A stretch of DNA of 64,000 nt from Gemmatimonadaceae bacterium (GTDB lineage: Bacteria; Gemmatimonadota; Gemmatimonadetes; Gemmatimonadales; Gemmatimonadaceae): contig JBHYGA010000001.1 of assembly GCA_051859245.1 (NCBI GenBank), positions 384,001 through 448,000 on the forward strand, read 5' to 3'. The notes under the pieces were generated by a model, which did no database searches, was not told where the DNA came from, and saw only the letters and a program-made list of their open reading frames with translations. Shown here in pieces: positions 31,317-40,260 of the stretch; positions within the stretch are counted from its first letter, which is position 1, and the number at the start of each line of letters is the position of its first letter. A program made the position numbers and the translations under genes.

Positions 31317-32175
31317 CGCCTGCGGCAGGACGTGTCAGATCGCGATTCGGAAGCGCCGTTGCGGACAAGCCGGCCACCATGCCGCTGGTACCAAGCTGGA
31401 AGAGTTCGGCCAAGGCACCTGCGGTCACATTCGCTGGCGCCGGACCGGCCTTGCTCGCTTCCCGCTCGAGGCGACGCAGCGTCTGATAGCGAATCGCACC
31501 GAGCAATCGATCGTCGTCGTCTACTACAGGCAACGCATGAAAGCGTTGCCAGCCCGTGTGGTCTCGCACGAGTGCAACCGGCGCGAACACATTGACACGA
31601 TCAACCTCGCGATGCATTGACACGCTCACAGGATCACGTGCGCGTGCCACCATGAGCTCCGGAATATCGAGTACGCCAACGAGCCGCTGATCGCGGTCGA
31701 CCACGTACAAGTAGTAGAGCAGATCCCGAGCCGCCCGGACCAGACGTGATCTCGCGTCGGCGACTATCACATCATCAGGCAACCGGAAGATCGACGGGTC
31801 CATGATGGAACCGGCTGTGCCGATCTCATACGGCAACAGGCGAACAATCGGGTCGCGCGCGTCAATCGGCAGTGCATCGAGCACCGGCTGCCGGAGATCA
31901 GCGGGCATCACGCGTACGATACTGGCCGCATCATCAACCGTGAGTTCCGCCAGCATTGCGGACGCCGCGGTCGCGCGGCCTGCGTTCGCGAGATGGCTCA
32001 GGCATTCTGCCGCGTACGGAATGTTCATGTCGTGCAGCACTTTTGCCGATACCGTTGCCGGCATTTCATGCAACACGGCCGCCGCGTGCGCGAGTGGCAT
32101 GCGTTCGAGCGTCATGGCCGCGCGTGTTGAGTGCGTGTCGAGAAACGCGCGCGCGAGGCGGCGTTCGGCAATCAC
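31291..32175 (-). CDS. MgtE N-terminal + CBS-pair protein lacking the transmembrane domain
   Basis: Y..GTAGSIMD, YLYVVD..RLVG, LPVVD...LLG; ends before any MgtE TM region. Confidence 0.8.
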   Translation of the reverse strand: MIAERRLARAFLDTHSTRAAMTLERMPLAHAAAVLHEMPATVSAKVLHDMNIPYAAECLSHLANAGRATAASAMLAELTVDDAASIVRVMPADLRQPVLDALPIDARDPIVRLLPYEIGTAGSIMDPSIFRLPDDVIVADARSRLVRAARDLLYYLYVVDRDQRLVGVLDIPELMVARARDPVSVSMHREVDRVNVFAPVALVRDHTGWQRFHALPVVDDDDRLLGAIRYQTLRRLEREASKAGPAPANVTAGALAELFQLGTSGMVAGLSATALPNRDLTRPAAGDAETAREE

Positions 32176-33029
32176 GCGGTCTCTCGCTTAATCAGCAGCA
32201 TAGCCGGCATTTCGCTGAACTGCTTGGCCGGCACGATCATGCGTCCGTCTGGCACCTCGAGAATCACAGTGGTTGCAGTGAGTTCTGTAATCACGCCTTC
32301 CACATCACCAATGCGTACCGCTTGCCCAACTTCGAACGACTTTCTGAGGTAGTGCGAGCCGATAATGTTCGCAATGGCTGTGCGCGCACCGAGTCCGAAG
32401 GCCAGCGCAAACCCACCAAGAAGTGCCGCCAACCCCACGGAGAAGAACGCGGTGAGAATGGCGATGTCGACACCGAGCTCGCCCATCGCGATGAGCACCG
32501 CCGACGTGACAATGCCAATGCGAACCAGCTGACCCAGTCCCGGGCCGAACGAACTGCCAGCGTCGCTCGCCGTAGCGCTGATCGCACCGCGCACCAGACT
32601 GCCGATCACCAGACCAACAATCAGGATCAGCGCCGCCGCGAATACCCGTGGCACAAAGAGCGAAAAACTCGCGACGACCGACGTGAGCAGCGGGAGTCCA
32701 AGTGCGTCAGCGGCGGTGGCAATGAAAAACAGCAGCACGCCCCAGAACACCACGCCGCCGATAATGTTTGCAACTCGACGTTCTTTTGCGATGCCGCCAA
32801 ATGAGGTGCGGAAGGCGCGCCCTGGCACCGCGCGCTCGATCGCGTTCACAATGCGCACCGCCAGCATGCGACCTACAAACGCCAGCACGATACCGAGCGC
32901 CAGCAATACGGCGGCGGCGACAATGCGCGGTTGATTGGTTGCCAGCCACTGACTGACGTCAGTGGCTGACTGCTGAACGTCGTTGACGATGGCAGATTGC
33001 AGCGCGGCCACTGCGCGGAGTGCAGTCAC
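32172..33029 (-). CDS. Small-conductance mechanosensitive-channel-like (MscS / TM-helix-repeat) protein
   Basis: VP..FAA.LIL..G, LAFGLG, GQ.VRIG..EG.I; GTGA overlaps at both ends. Confidence 0.8.
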   Translation of the reverse strand: MTALRAVAALQSAIVNDVQQSATDVSQWLATNQPRIVAAAVLLALGIVLAFVGRMLAVRIVNAIERAVPGRAFRTSFGGIAKERRVANIIGGVVFWGVLLFFIATAADALGLPLLTSVVASFSLFVPRVFAAALILIVGLVIGSLVRGAISATASDAGSSFGPGLGQLVRIGIVTSAVLIAMGELGVDIAILTAFFSVGLAALLGGFALAFGLGARTAIANIIGSHYLRKSFEVGQAVRIGDVEGVITELTATTVILEVPDGRMIVPAKQFSEMPAMLLIKRETA

Positions 33030-33727
33030 CGGAGCATGCGGGCGGCGTCGTACGGTGTTCGCTCTGCAACGCGGAAGCGCACGGTGTTCACGCCTGTCGA
33101 GCGGGAGCGTTTGAACCACTGTCGTACACGATCAACCGCGCGTTGTTTGCCCTCGGCGGCCCCGACTGACGCGCCTGCTGCCGGAGGCGTGCGCAGCGAC
33201 GTGATCACTGCGCCGATGGCGGCGGCGACAACGGCGCTCGCGATCGTAACACCGACCAGATCTTCCCAGATGCTTCCGTGACGCAACGACCAGCCGGCGG
33301 CATACCCTGTCCAGATGAGCACGTTGTGCACTTGAAATCTGAGATGCGGCCGTTTGTTCGCGGGACGCCACGCCAACCACGTCAACGCCGCTGCGGTGAT
33401 CGCGAGCGCCCCGAGTGCTTCCCAATGTACGGAGCCATTGACGTACGGCCGGACAACGCGAGTCGCGAAGCCGAGTGCGACGGCGGCAACGCCACTCGAA
33501 AGCCACGTCGGCTGCCACGTATTCCGAAACCGGGTTTGCGTGGGCACAGCGTTACGCCGCTCCTGCAGCGCGGCACGAACTGCATCGGGATGAATGCCTG
33601 CTTCACTTGCGATGTCGAGCAGTTCCTTCTCGGAGATGTTGTCGCGCATTACCTCAAGCTCAACTGCCCGCGCCAACACGCGCTCCACGTCGGCGGGACT
33701 CAGCAATCGTTCGTTCTGGTCGTCCAC
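33026..33727 (-). CDS. Hypothetical membrane protein (soluble N-terminal helices plus about 4 TM)
   Basis: 233-aa ORF, GAGGAGG RBS, hydrophobic C-terminal half. Confidence 0.65.
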   Translation of the reverse strand: MDDQNERLLSPADVERVLARAVELEVMRDNISEKELLDIASEAGIHPDAVRAALQERRNAVPTQTRFRNTWQPTWLSSGVAAVALGFATRVVRPYVNGSVHWEALGALAITAAALTWLAWRPANKRPHLRFQVHNVLIWTGYAAGWSLRHGSIWEDLVGVTIASAVVAAAIGAVITSLRTPPAAGASVGAAEGKQRAVDRVRQWFKRSRSTGVNTVRFRVAERTPYDAARMLR

Positions 33728-33804
33728 TTGCGCCTCCTCGTGAGTCGAACAGCAGGGAAGTCTCGGTCTAATGAGAACGCTGCGTCAAGGAATTGTCGCG
33801 CAGG

Positions 33805-34041
33805 CTACCCGCGGGTCCAGGCAATCTCAACACCGGGCTTTGCACCGAGCGCAGTGCGCAGCAAGGCCAGCAGCTCAGCGGAGGCACCATCGGCCTCAAG
33901 GAGATCGATGGTCTCGGCCTGCACGTAGTAATCGGTGTCGGTGCGCGACTCTTCTTCAAGCGAGTCAACGAGTACGGCCAGATCTTCTTCGGTGATTGTG
34001 CCGATGGCAACACCGGAATCGTTGTCGTGCAGCGTAATCAT
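33805..34041 (-). CDS. Small acidic hypothetical protein
   Basis: 78-aa D/E-rich ORF (L.D.LEEES..D.DYY). Confidence 0.7.
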   Translation of the reverse strand: MITLHDNDSGVAIGTITEEDLAVLVDSLEEESRTDTDYYVQAETIDLLEADGASAELLALLRTALGAKPGVEIAWTRG

Positions 34042-34150
34042 GGGCGGGTGGGCCGAGGGGATGTGGAAGCACGATGTCAACGTGCGCGCCTCCCGAAGGA
34101 TCAGCGCCGGTCGCGCCTCACACAACCCCAGCGTACACCTGAGTGACGCG

Positions 34151-35149
34151 TTATAGCCCTGGAACCTGATCAGTCACCACGACCACACTTCCGCGCTTCC
34201 TGTTGGTCTCTACACGTGCGTGTGCCGCCGCGATCTCGTTCAGAGGGAACGTTGAATCAATCAGCGGAGTGAACCGCCCGTCCTGCGCCATGGCCACGAG
34301 CGTGCGCAGGTCGTCCGCGCGCTCGCCTGCCGGCCCAGCCACGATGCGATGCTGTTTTGTTGTGTTCACCCACGGAGCATGTAGCATGTCGGGCAGGCTG
34401 CCCAGCACCATCAGCAGCCGTCCCTGTGACGTGAGGACTTGGCGCACGCGTGAGTACGGCGCGTTGCCAACTGTGTCGGCAATCACATCGTACTGTTTCC
34501 CTTGCGATGCAAAATCGATGTGTGTGTAGTCCACAACATGCGTGGCGCCGAGCTGATGCATTGATTCGACATTGGGACTACTGCACACCGCGGTAACCTC
34601 CGCGCCAACCGCGACGGCGAGTTGCACCATTGCTGAGCCAACCGTACCTGACGCACCATTGATCAGCACGGTGTCCCCTTTCTGCAACGCACCGCGTCGG
34701 AAAAAATCGAGCGCCGTGGTACCGCCAAACGCAACGGCAGCCGCCGTGGTGTACGTGAGTGCTTCCGGCTTGTGCACAATCGCTGCATTCGCATTGATGC
34801 AGAAATACTCCGCATGTGCGCCCAGCTTCGCGCCTCGAAATGCAACAACCGCGTCGCCCAATGCAAAGTTGCGAACCAATGACCCAACCGCCACGATATC
34901 ACCGGCGAGTTCACTGCCAAGGACTGGCTGACGTGGTGCGGTGATGCCGAACGCCAGGCGTGCAGCGAGACCGAAACCGTACGGCATGCTGAGGCTGCGT
35001 ATGCGCCAGTCGGCCGACGAGACGGTGGTCGCGCGCACGCGAATCAGCACGTCGTTCGGACCAGGAACGGGTCTCGGCACATCCTCGACGGTAACAACGT
35101 GCGGCGGTCCGTAGTGCCGGAAAACGGCGGCCTTCATGTGTGATGTCAT
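34151..35149 (-). CDS. MDR-superfamily NAD(P)-dependent oxidoreductase (Zn-independent, quinone-reductase-like)
   Basis: YGPP.V, VLINGASG.VG, PLID.TFPL. Confidence 0.92.
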   Translation of the reverse strand: MTSHMKAAVFRHYGPPHVVTVEDVPRPVPGPNDVLIRVRATTVSSADWRIRSLSMPYGFGLAARLAFGITAPRQPVLGSELAGDIVAVGSLVRNFALGDAVVAFRGAKLGAHAEYFCINANAAIVHKPEALTYTTAAAVAFGGTTALDFFRRGALQKGDTVLINGASGTVGSAMVQLAVAVGAEVTAVCSSPNVESMHQLGATHVVDYTHIDFASQGKQYDVIADTVGNAPYSRVRQVLTSQGRLLMVLGSLPDMLHAPWVNTTKQHRIVAGPAGERADDLRTLVAMAQDGRFTPLIDSTFPLNEIAAAHARVETNRKRGSVVVVTDQVPGL

Positions 35150-35889
35150 GGAGCAGGATCAGACTTGCGACGGCCCCAGGGAATTGCAGTGGTGACACCC
35201 ATACGAATTGCGTACAGATCCGCCTTCGTGCGTTTGATGTCGAAACCGAGGGAGCCGTCTGGATTGTCTGTCAATCCGCCTTTGACGAGGTAGTCGCGGC
35301 GACCGTGACTTTGATAGGCAACGCCAACATCGATAGTCGTGCTGTGATACACGGGCAACTGGAGACCAACGCCGCCACTCCATATCACACCGGCATCGCC
35401 AAAGTTTTCGTCGGCGGCCACAAGATCCGGCACGATGCCGCCCCCCAGTCCACTGACGGTCGCGAACCGACTCATGCCAACGAGACCATAGCCGTACGTA
35501 CGCAGTCGTCCGAGCGGCAAGGTGACCTGTGGCCCGACGCCCATCGACAAGATTCCATTGGCCGTGGTGACATTCACGGCCACGCGACAGCGTGTACTCG
35601 TGGTCAGGCAACTGCGCTGGCTCTCGTGGCCATAGTTCAGCCACCCACCCTGCAGACGCAACGACGCGAGACCGTATCGGTCGAGCCGGAGCAACACGTG
35701 GCCCTGCACACCGGCCGCGTTGTTGACATTGCGTTTGAAATCGCCAACCGGCTGGCCGACATCGGCCGCCAGTCCAACCTGCCAGCGCGGAGTGACCACG
35801 GCCGTGCTGTCAGCAGCGGGTTGGGCCTGCCCGGCGGCAGGTGTGGCGAAGGAAAGGAGCCCGGCGAGGGCGGCAAGGGAGCGTCGCAT
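35146..35889 (-). CDS. Outer-membrane beta-barrel protein
   Basis: Signal peptide, amphipathic strands, Cys pair in a loop, ATGA overlap with the MDR gene. Confidence 0.65.
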   Translation of the reverse strand: MRRSLAALAGLLSFATPAAGQAQPAADSTAVVTPRWQVGLAADVGQPVGDFKRNVNNAAGVQGHVLLRLDRYGLASLRLQGGWLNYGHESQRSCLTTSTRCRVAVNVTTANGILSMGVGPQVTLPLGRLRTYGYGLVGMSRFATVSGLGGGIVPDLVAADENFGDAGVIWSGGVGLQLPVYHSTTIDVGVAYQSHGRRDYLVKGGLTDNPDGSLGFDIKRTKADLYAIRMGVTTAIPWGRRKSDPAP

Positions 35890-35917
35890 AGGGAAGATAG
35901 GAATGGCGGGTGAAAAA

Positions 35918-35993
35918 CTTACGCTGTATGTAGAAACGTACGCTGTAAGTGCAGCGGGGTCAAGCGGCCGGTCAGCTTGCCTTACACTGTCAG
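35918..35993. promoter_or_regulatory. Three putative TetR operators, consensus CTTAC-N3-GTAAG
   Basis: cttacgctgtatg (35918-35930), cgtacgctgtaag (35937-35949), cttacactgtcag (35981-35993). Confidence 0.7.
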
Positions 35994-36012
35994 TGCCTGT
36001 AGTGTCTTCCGC

Positions 36013-36666
36013 ATGTCCTCCACTCGACGCGCTCCACTGAGCCGCGAGCGCATTGTGCGCGCGGCCATCAAGCTCGCTGACCGGCACGGTCTCGAGGCGC
36101 TCTCCATGCGCAAACTCGCCACGACGTTGAAAGTCGAAGCGATGTCGCTCTACAATCACGTGGCCAACAAAGACGAACTGCTCGACGCCATGGTCGATGC
36201 CGTGATCGGGGAAATCACACTGCCGACACGGGGCGGCGACTGGAAGGCGGCCATGCGTGCTCGCGCCACGTCGGCGTTGGCGGTGATGACAGCGCATCCG
36301 TGGGCGCCAATGCTGGTGGTGTCGCGCATCAGCGTGGGCCCCAACATGCTCGGCTACATCGAAGCAACGCTCGCCACGCTGCGCGAGGCAGGACTGTCAT
36401 GGTTCGAGACGGATCGCGCGTGGAATGCCATGGACAACTACATCTACGGCTTCACCATGCAACAGCAGAACTTTCCCGTGAACCCCGAAGAGTATGCGTC
36501 TGCTGCAGCGGGCTATCTGCCAATGTTGCCGGCCGACCTGTACCCCTGCATGCACGAAATGACCGTGCTCGTGGCGAACGGGTCGCACGACGGGACGCTC
36601 GACTTTTCGTTCGGACTGGAACTGATTCTCGACGGACTGGAGCGGCTGCGGAATACGCGCGCGTAG
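36013..36666 (+). CDS. TetR/AcrR-family regulator with TetR_C domain
   Basis: LSRERIV.AA, LSMRKLA..L.VEAMSLYNHV.NK, F.FGLELILDGL. Confidence 0.93.
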   Translation: MSSTRRAPLSRERIVRAAIKLADRHGLEALSMRKLATTLKVEAMSLYNHVANKDELLDAMVDAVIGEITLPTRGGDWKAAMRARATSALAVMTAHPWAPMLVVSRISVGPNMLGYIEATLATLREAGLSWFETDRAWNAMDNYIYGFTMQQQNFPVNPEEYASAAAGYLPMLPADLYPCMHEMTVLVANGSHDGTLDFSFGLELILDGLERLRNTRA

Positions 36667-36772
36667 CCGTACCCAGCGGGAGCGATCCCGCACCGATCCA
36701 CGCTCACCGCCCCATGCCCACCGTTGGTCCCGGCCGCCATGCCGTTCGCCGAAAGATGTGTAGAATCAAGCG

Positions 36773-37843
36773 ATGGGAATGACTCGCGCCGCCCCATCAT
36801 CAGCCGCTGAACAATCGAACCGCTGGCCGCTCTGGTTGGCGATCGCTGCCGCGTGGTGGACGCTGAATGGGCTCGCGACCATCAGCACGTACCGCGGGAT
36901 GTCGGACGTCAGCTGGGAGCATGCGATTCGCGTGAGCATGGCCAGCTCAGCGCTCTGGATTCCACAAACGGTGTTTGCGCTGTGGCTCGCCGAGCGGTTC
37001 CCGCTCGATCCGGACACGTGGCGGAGACGCATTGCGTGGTATCTGATCGCGGTCGTCGCCGTGATCACAGTGCGCGCGGCGATCGTATACACCACGAACG
37101 ACTGGATTGGGTGGTACACCACACTCCCCGCGTTCAGTAATGTGCTCATCACGAGCGTTGCCAACAACGTGTTGCTGTTCCCGCTTATGGCTGGACTTGG
37201 CCACGCACTCGTATTCGCCCGTCGCTATCGCGAGCGTAATGAGCAGCTGGCTCGTGTGGAGTTGCAGCATCTGAAAATGCAGCTGCACCCGCACTTTCTG
37301 TTCAATACGCTGAATACCATCAGTTCGTATGTGCGCACCGATCCAGACGTTGCAAGCGGCATGATCACACGATTGAGCGAGCTGCTGCGGCATGCACTCG
37401 ACAGCAGCGGCACGCAGGAGGTCGCGCTGCAGGAAGAGCTGCGAGTACTCGGTGCGTACCTCGATATCGAGCAGCTGCGATTTGAGGATCGTCTGCGGGT
37501 GGAATGGAAGATTGAGCCGGGAACCCTTGCAGCCCGCGTCCCGCATCTCATTCTGCAACCGATCGTTGAGAACGCCGTGCGACACGGCATTGCGGCGCGC
37601 ACCGCCTCGGGCACCATCTCGATTGTCGCGGCGCGACAGAATGGATCGCTCCGACTCCAGGTCAGCGACGATGGGGTTGGACTGCAGCAATCGCCTGCTG
37701 CGGGCACGGGCCTCGGACTGACGAATACGCGCAATCGCCTGCGACAACTGTACGGGAGCAGTGGCGTGCTAGACGTCGACACGAGCGAATCTGGTGGAGT
37801 ATGCGTGAACCTTACACTCCCTTTCCGGCTGGCGGTGCACTAG
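36773..37843 (+). CDS. LytS/YehU-family sensor histidine kinase
   Basis: LKMQLHPHFLFNTLN, LQPIVENAVRHG, DDGVG, GLGL.N; N-terminal TMs. Confidence 0.93.
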   Translation: MGMTRAAPSSAAEQSNRWPLWLAIAAAWWTLNGLATISTYRGMSDVSWEHAIRVSMASSALWIPQTVFALWLAERFPLDPDTWRRRIAWYLIAVVAVITVRAAIVYTTNDWIGWYTTLPAFSNVLITSVANNVLLFPLMAGLGHALVFARRYRERNEQLARVELQHLKMQLHPHFLFNTLNTISSYVRTDPDVASGMITRLSELLRHALDSSGTQEVALQEELRVLGAYLDIEQLRFEDRLRVEWKIEPGTLAARVPHLILQPIVENAVRHGIAARTASGTISIVAARQNGSLRLQVSDDGVGLQQSPAAGTGLGLTNTRNRLRQLYGSSGVLDVDTSESGGVCVNLTLPFRLAVH

Positions 37844-38632
37844 ATGCCTCGGTCAGCGGATCCCGCGTTGCAGGACACACACACCGTACTCATCGTGGAT
37901 GACGAGCCGCCTGCTCGTCGCAGCCTTCGCGCGATGCTCGGCGTGCACGCCGATCTGGAGATTGTGGGTGAAGCGCGCAGTGGTGCTGAAGCCATCGCCG
38001 CGATCAATTCGCTGCGACCGGATATCGTGCTGCTCGATGTTCACATGCCCGAAGGTGACGGTTTCGATGTGATTCGGGCGATCGGTGTTGAGCAGATGCC
38101 GGTGGTGATCTTTGCGACGGCGTACGACGCGTACGCTCTGCAGGCGTTTGACGCGCACGCCCTCGATTATCTGTTGAAACCTTACGACCGTACACGCCTC
38201 GACAGCGCGTTGCAGCGCGCGAGGCAGCAGCTCCGTCGTCGTGGCGTGGATGACCGGTTGCTTGCGTTCATCGACAAGCTGGACGAACGCGCCCGGTATC
38301 AAACGCGTCTGACAGTGCGACAAGGTACACGTACGCAGTTTGTCGCCGTGTCTCAGGTCGATTATTTCGAAGCGGAAGCAAACTACGTGCGAGTTCACGT
38401 GGGACCGCGATCGCATCTGATCCGCGAGACGCTGACATCGCTTGCGGAGCAACTCGACCCTTCGCGCTTTCTGCGCGTGCACCGCTCGCTGGTGGTGAAC
38501 ATTGGTCGTGTTGTTGAAGTGGAATCGCTCTTCTCCGGCGAGTACGTGCTGCTGCTCGCCACCGGGAAGAAGCTCACGTCTGGTCGCACCTATCGTCTGG
38601 CATTGCAGTCGGCGTTGCAGCTCAAGGTGTAG
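37844..38632 (+). CDS. LytTR-family response regulator
   Basis: VDDE, LLDVHMP, DYLLKP, F.RVHRS. Confidence 0.94.
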   Translation: MPRSADPALQDTHTVLIVDDEPPARRSLRAMLGVHADLEIVGEARSGAEAIAAINSLRPDIVLLDVHMPEGDGFDVIRAIGVEQMPVVIFATAYDAYALQAFDAHALDYLLKPYDRTRLDSALQRARQQLRRRGVDDRLLAFIDKLDERARYQTRLTVRQGTRTQFVAVSQVDYFEAEANYVRVHVGPRSHLIRETLTSLAEQLDPSRFLRVHRSLVVNIGRVVEVESLFSGEYVLLLATGKKLTSGRTYRLALQSALQLKV

Positions 38633-38653
38633 CGCAGGCGCGCAAGGCGGCTC

Positions 38654-38706
38654 GCGTTTCACCGAGACGTTCGCGTTGTTCGCCAAACAGAATCACGCCG
38701 TTCGTC
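38654..38706 (+). promoter_or_regulatory. Three LytTR/AlgR-like direct-repeat boxes
   Basis: GCGTTTCACC (38654), GTTGTTCGCC (38675), GCCGTTCGTC (38697); 21- and 22-bp spacing. Confidence 0.6.
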
Positions 38707-38790
38707 ACGAATCCGTACGTCCCCGATTGGTTTTGGCGTAGCCTGTGTGCACTACAGCTCACCTACGCGCCACTCTGCCGGGAGACGGAA

Positions 38791-39792
38791 ATGGAAATCG
38801 CTCATGCAACAGCACGCAAGCACGTGACGACCAGCATCATCGCAGGCGCAATCATAGTCAGCATGGCGGCATGCGTGACCGACCATGATGCAAGCAGTCT
38901 CGTTGCGCCCTCGCACGCATCATTCGCCGAAACGACCAACATCAGTACCGCAGCTGCCGCCGCAATTTTCTCGCCTGGTGTGATCTCGGACGCGGCCGAG
39001 CAATGGCGCATCACGTTCTCGGCCAATGGCAAGACCGCGTATTTCGCGTCGAGTCCGGAGTTCTTCCCGTTCACGCGTCGCGCAACGATTTACGTGTCGC
39101 ATCTCGAAGCAGGGCAGTGGAGCACACCGCAAGTTGCCTCATTCTCAGGCGTGTACAGCGATATCGATCCGGCGTTGTCGCCGGATGGACAACGGTTGTA
39201 CTTCTCGTCGATCCGACCGGTGAACGGCGTGCCGCGCGGTGACATCGACATCTGGATGGTGGAGCGTACCCCCGACGGATGGGGAGAACCGATTCATCTC
39301 GGTCCCGAAGTGAATTCGTCCGATGCGGATGAGTTGTATCCGTCCGTCGCCGCCAACGGCACACTGTATTTCGCGAGTGGACCCTTCTTTCCGCAGCCTG
39401 GGAAACATTTCGACATTTACAGCGCGGTGCCTCGTGGACACGGCTTTGCCCCGCGTGAACCGCTCGGTCCTGCGATCAATACCGTGCCCGCCGCATCCGA
39501 TATCTCGCTACAGGATGCGTGGGACTTCAATCCGGAAATCTCCGTGGACGGCAACACGCTGCTCTTCACATCGCTGCGACCGGGCGGCTACGGCCTGGGT
39601 GATTTGTACGTCAGCAACCGAGTGGGCGGTCAGTGGTCACCAGCACGCAATCTTGGTCCGGCGGTGAATACATCCTCCGACGAGTACCACCCGTCGTTAT
39701 CGCGAAACAAGCAGCAGCTGTATTTCGTGCGACGCATTCCGCGGCGCGGCGATTTCTATCGTATTGCAACCAAGGAGCTGGACCTGCGATAG
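38791..39792 (+). CDS. PD40/TolB-like beta-propeller lipoprotein
   Basis: Lipobox MAAC; repeats PALSPDG..LYFSS.R, P.IS.DG..L.F.S.R. Confidence 0.85.
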   Translation: MEIAHATARKHVTTSIIAGAIIVSMAACVTDHDASSLVAPSHASFAETTNISTAAAAAIFSPGVISDAAEQWRITFSANGKTAYFASSPEFFPFTRRATIYVSHLEAGQWSTPQVASFSGVYSDIDPALSPDGQRLYFSSIRPVNGVPRGDIDIWMVERTPDGWGEPIHLGPEVNSSDADELYPSVAANGTLYFASGPFFPQPGKHFDIYSAVPRGHGFAPREPLGPAINTVPAASDISLQDAWDFNPEISVDGNTLLFTSLRPGGYGLGDLYVSNRVGGQWSPARNLGPAVNTSSDEYHPSLSRNKQQLYFVRRIPRRGDFYRIATKELDLR

Positions 39793-39906
39793 CCGTGTGA
39801 GCCACTTCGCGAAACGTTTCCGCCTACTTCAGTGACGAGGATATCAACGCCTCCGTCGCACGACGCTGCCGTGTGGCACGTCGGCAAATCGCGGTCACCA
39901 TGTCCA

Positions 39907-40250
39907 TACGGCTTTCTGTTCATGGATATGTGCATGGTGGACGATTCGCCGGCCAACGAAGGTGGCATGGGCCTGCACTACGTGAACCTTGGTCTGCTCG
40001 ACACGGAACTCGACGTGACGAAACCCGAAGCGTTGCTGTACGAGCCGGGCCCCGGTGGCAAGTTGGTACTCGTGGCGGTGGAGTACGCGATCCCAGCCGA
40101 TCTGTGGACGAAGGACGAGCCGCCCGTACTCTTTGGTCAGGAACTCAAGGTTAACAGCTTCAACCTGTACGCGTTACATGTGTGGGCATGGAAGAACAAT
40201 CCCAGTGGCCTGTTCGCGTCGTGGAATCCGCGCGTGTCGTGCGAGTACTG
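39907..40250 (+). pseudogene. Fragment of a conserved secreted hypothetical domain (GMGLHY...PEALLYEP...AVEY...LHVW..NP.G.F..WNP.VSC)
   Basis: Recognisable core inside ORF 39832..40413; no signal peptide or N-terminal part; ORF tail overlaps the opposite-strand gene. Confidence 0.5.
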
Positions 40251-40260
40251 GCAAGGCCGG

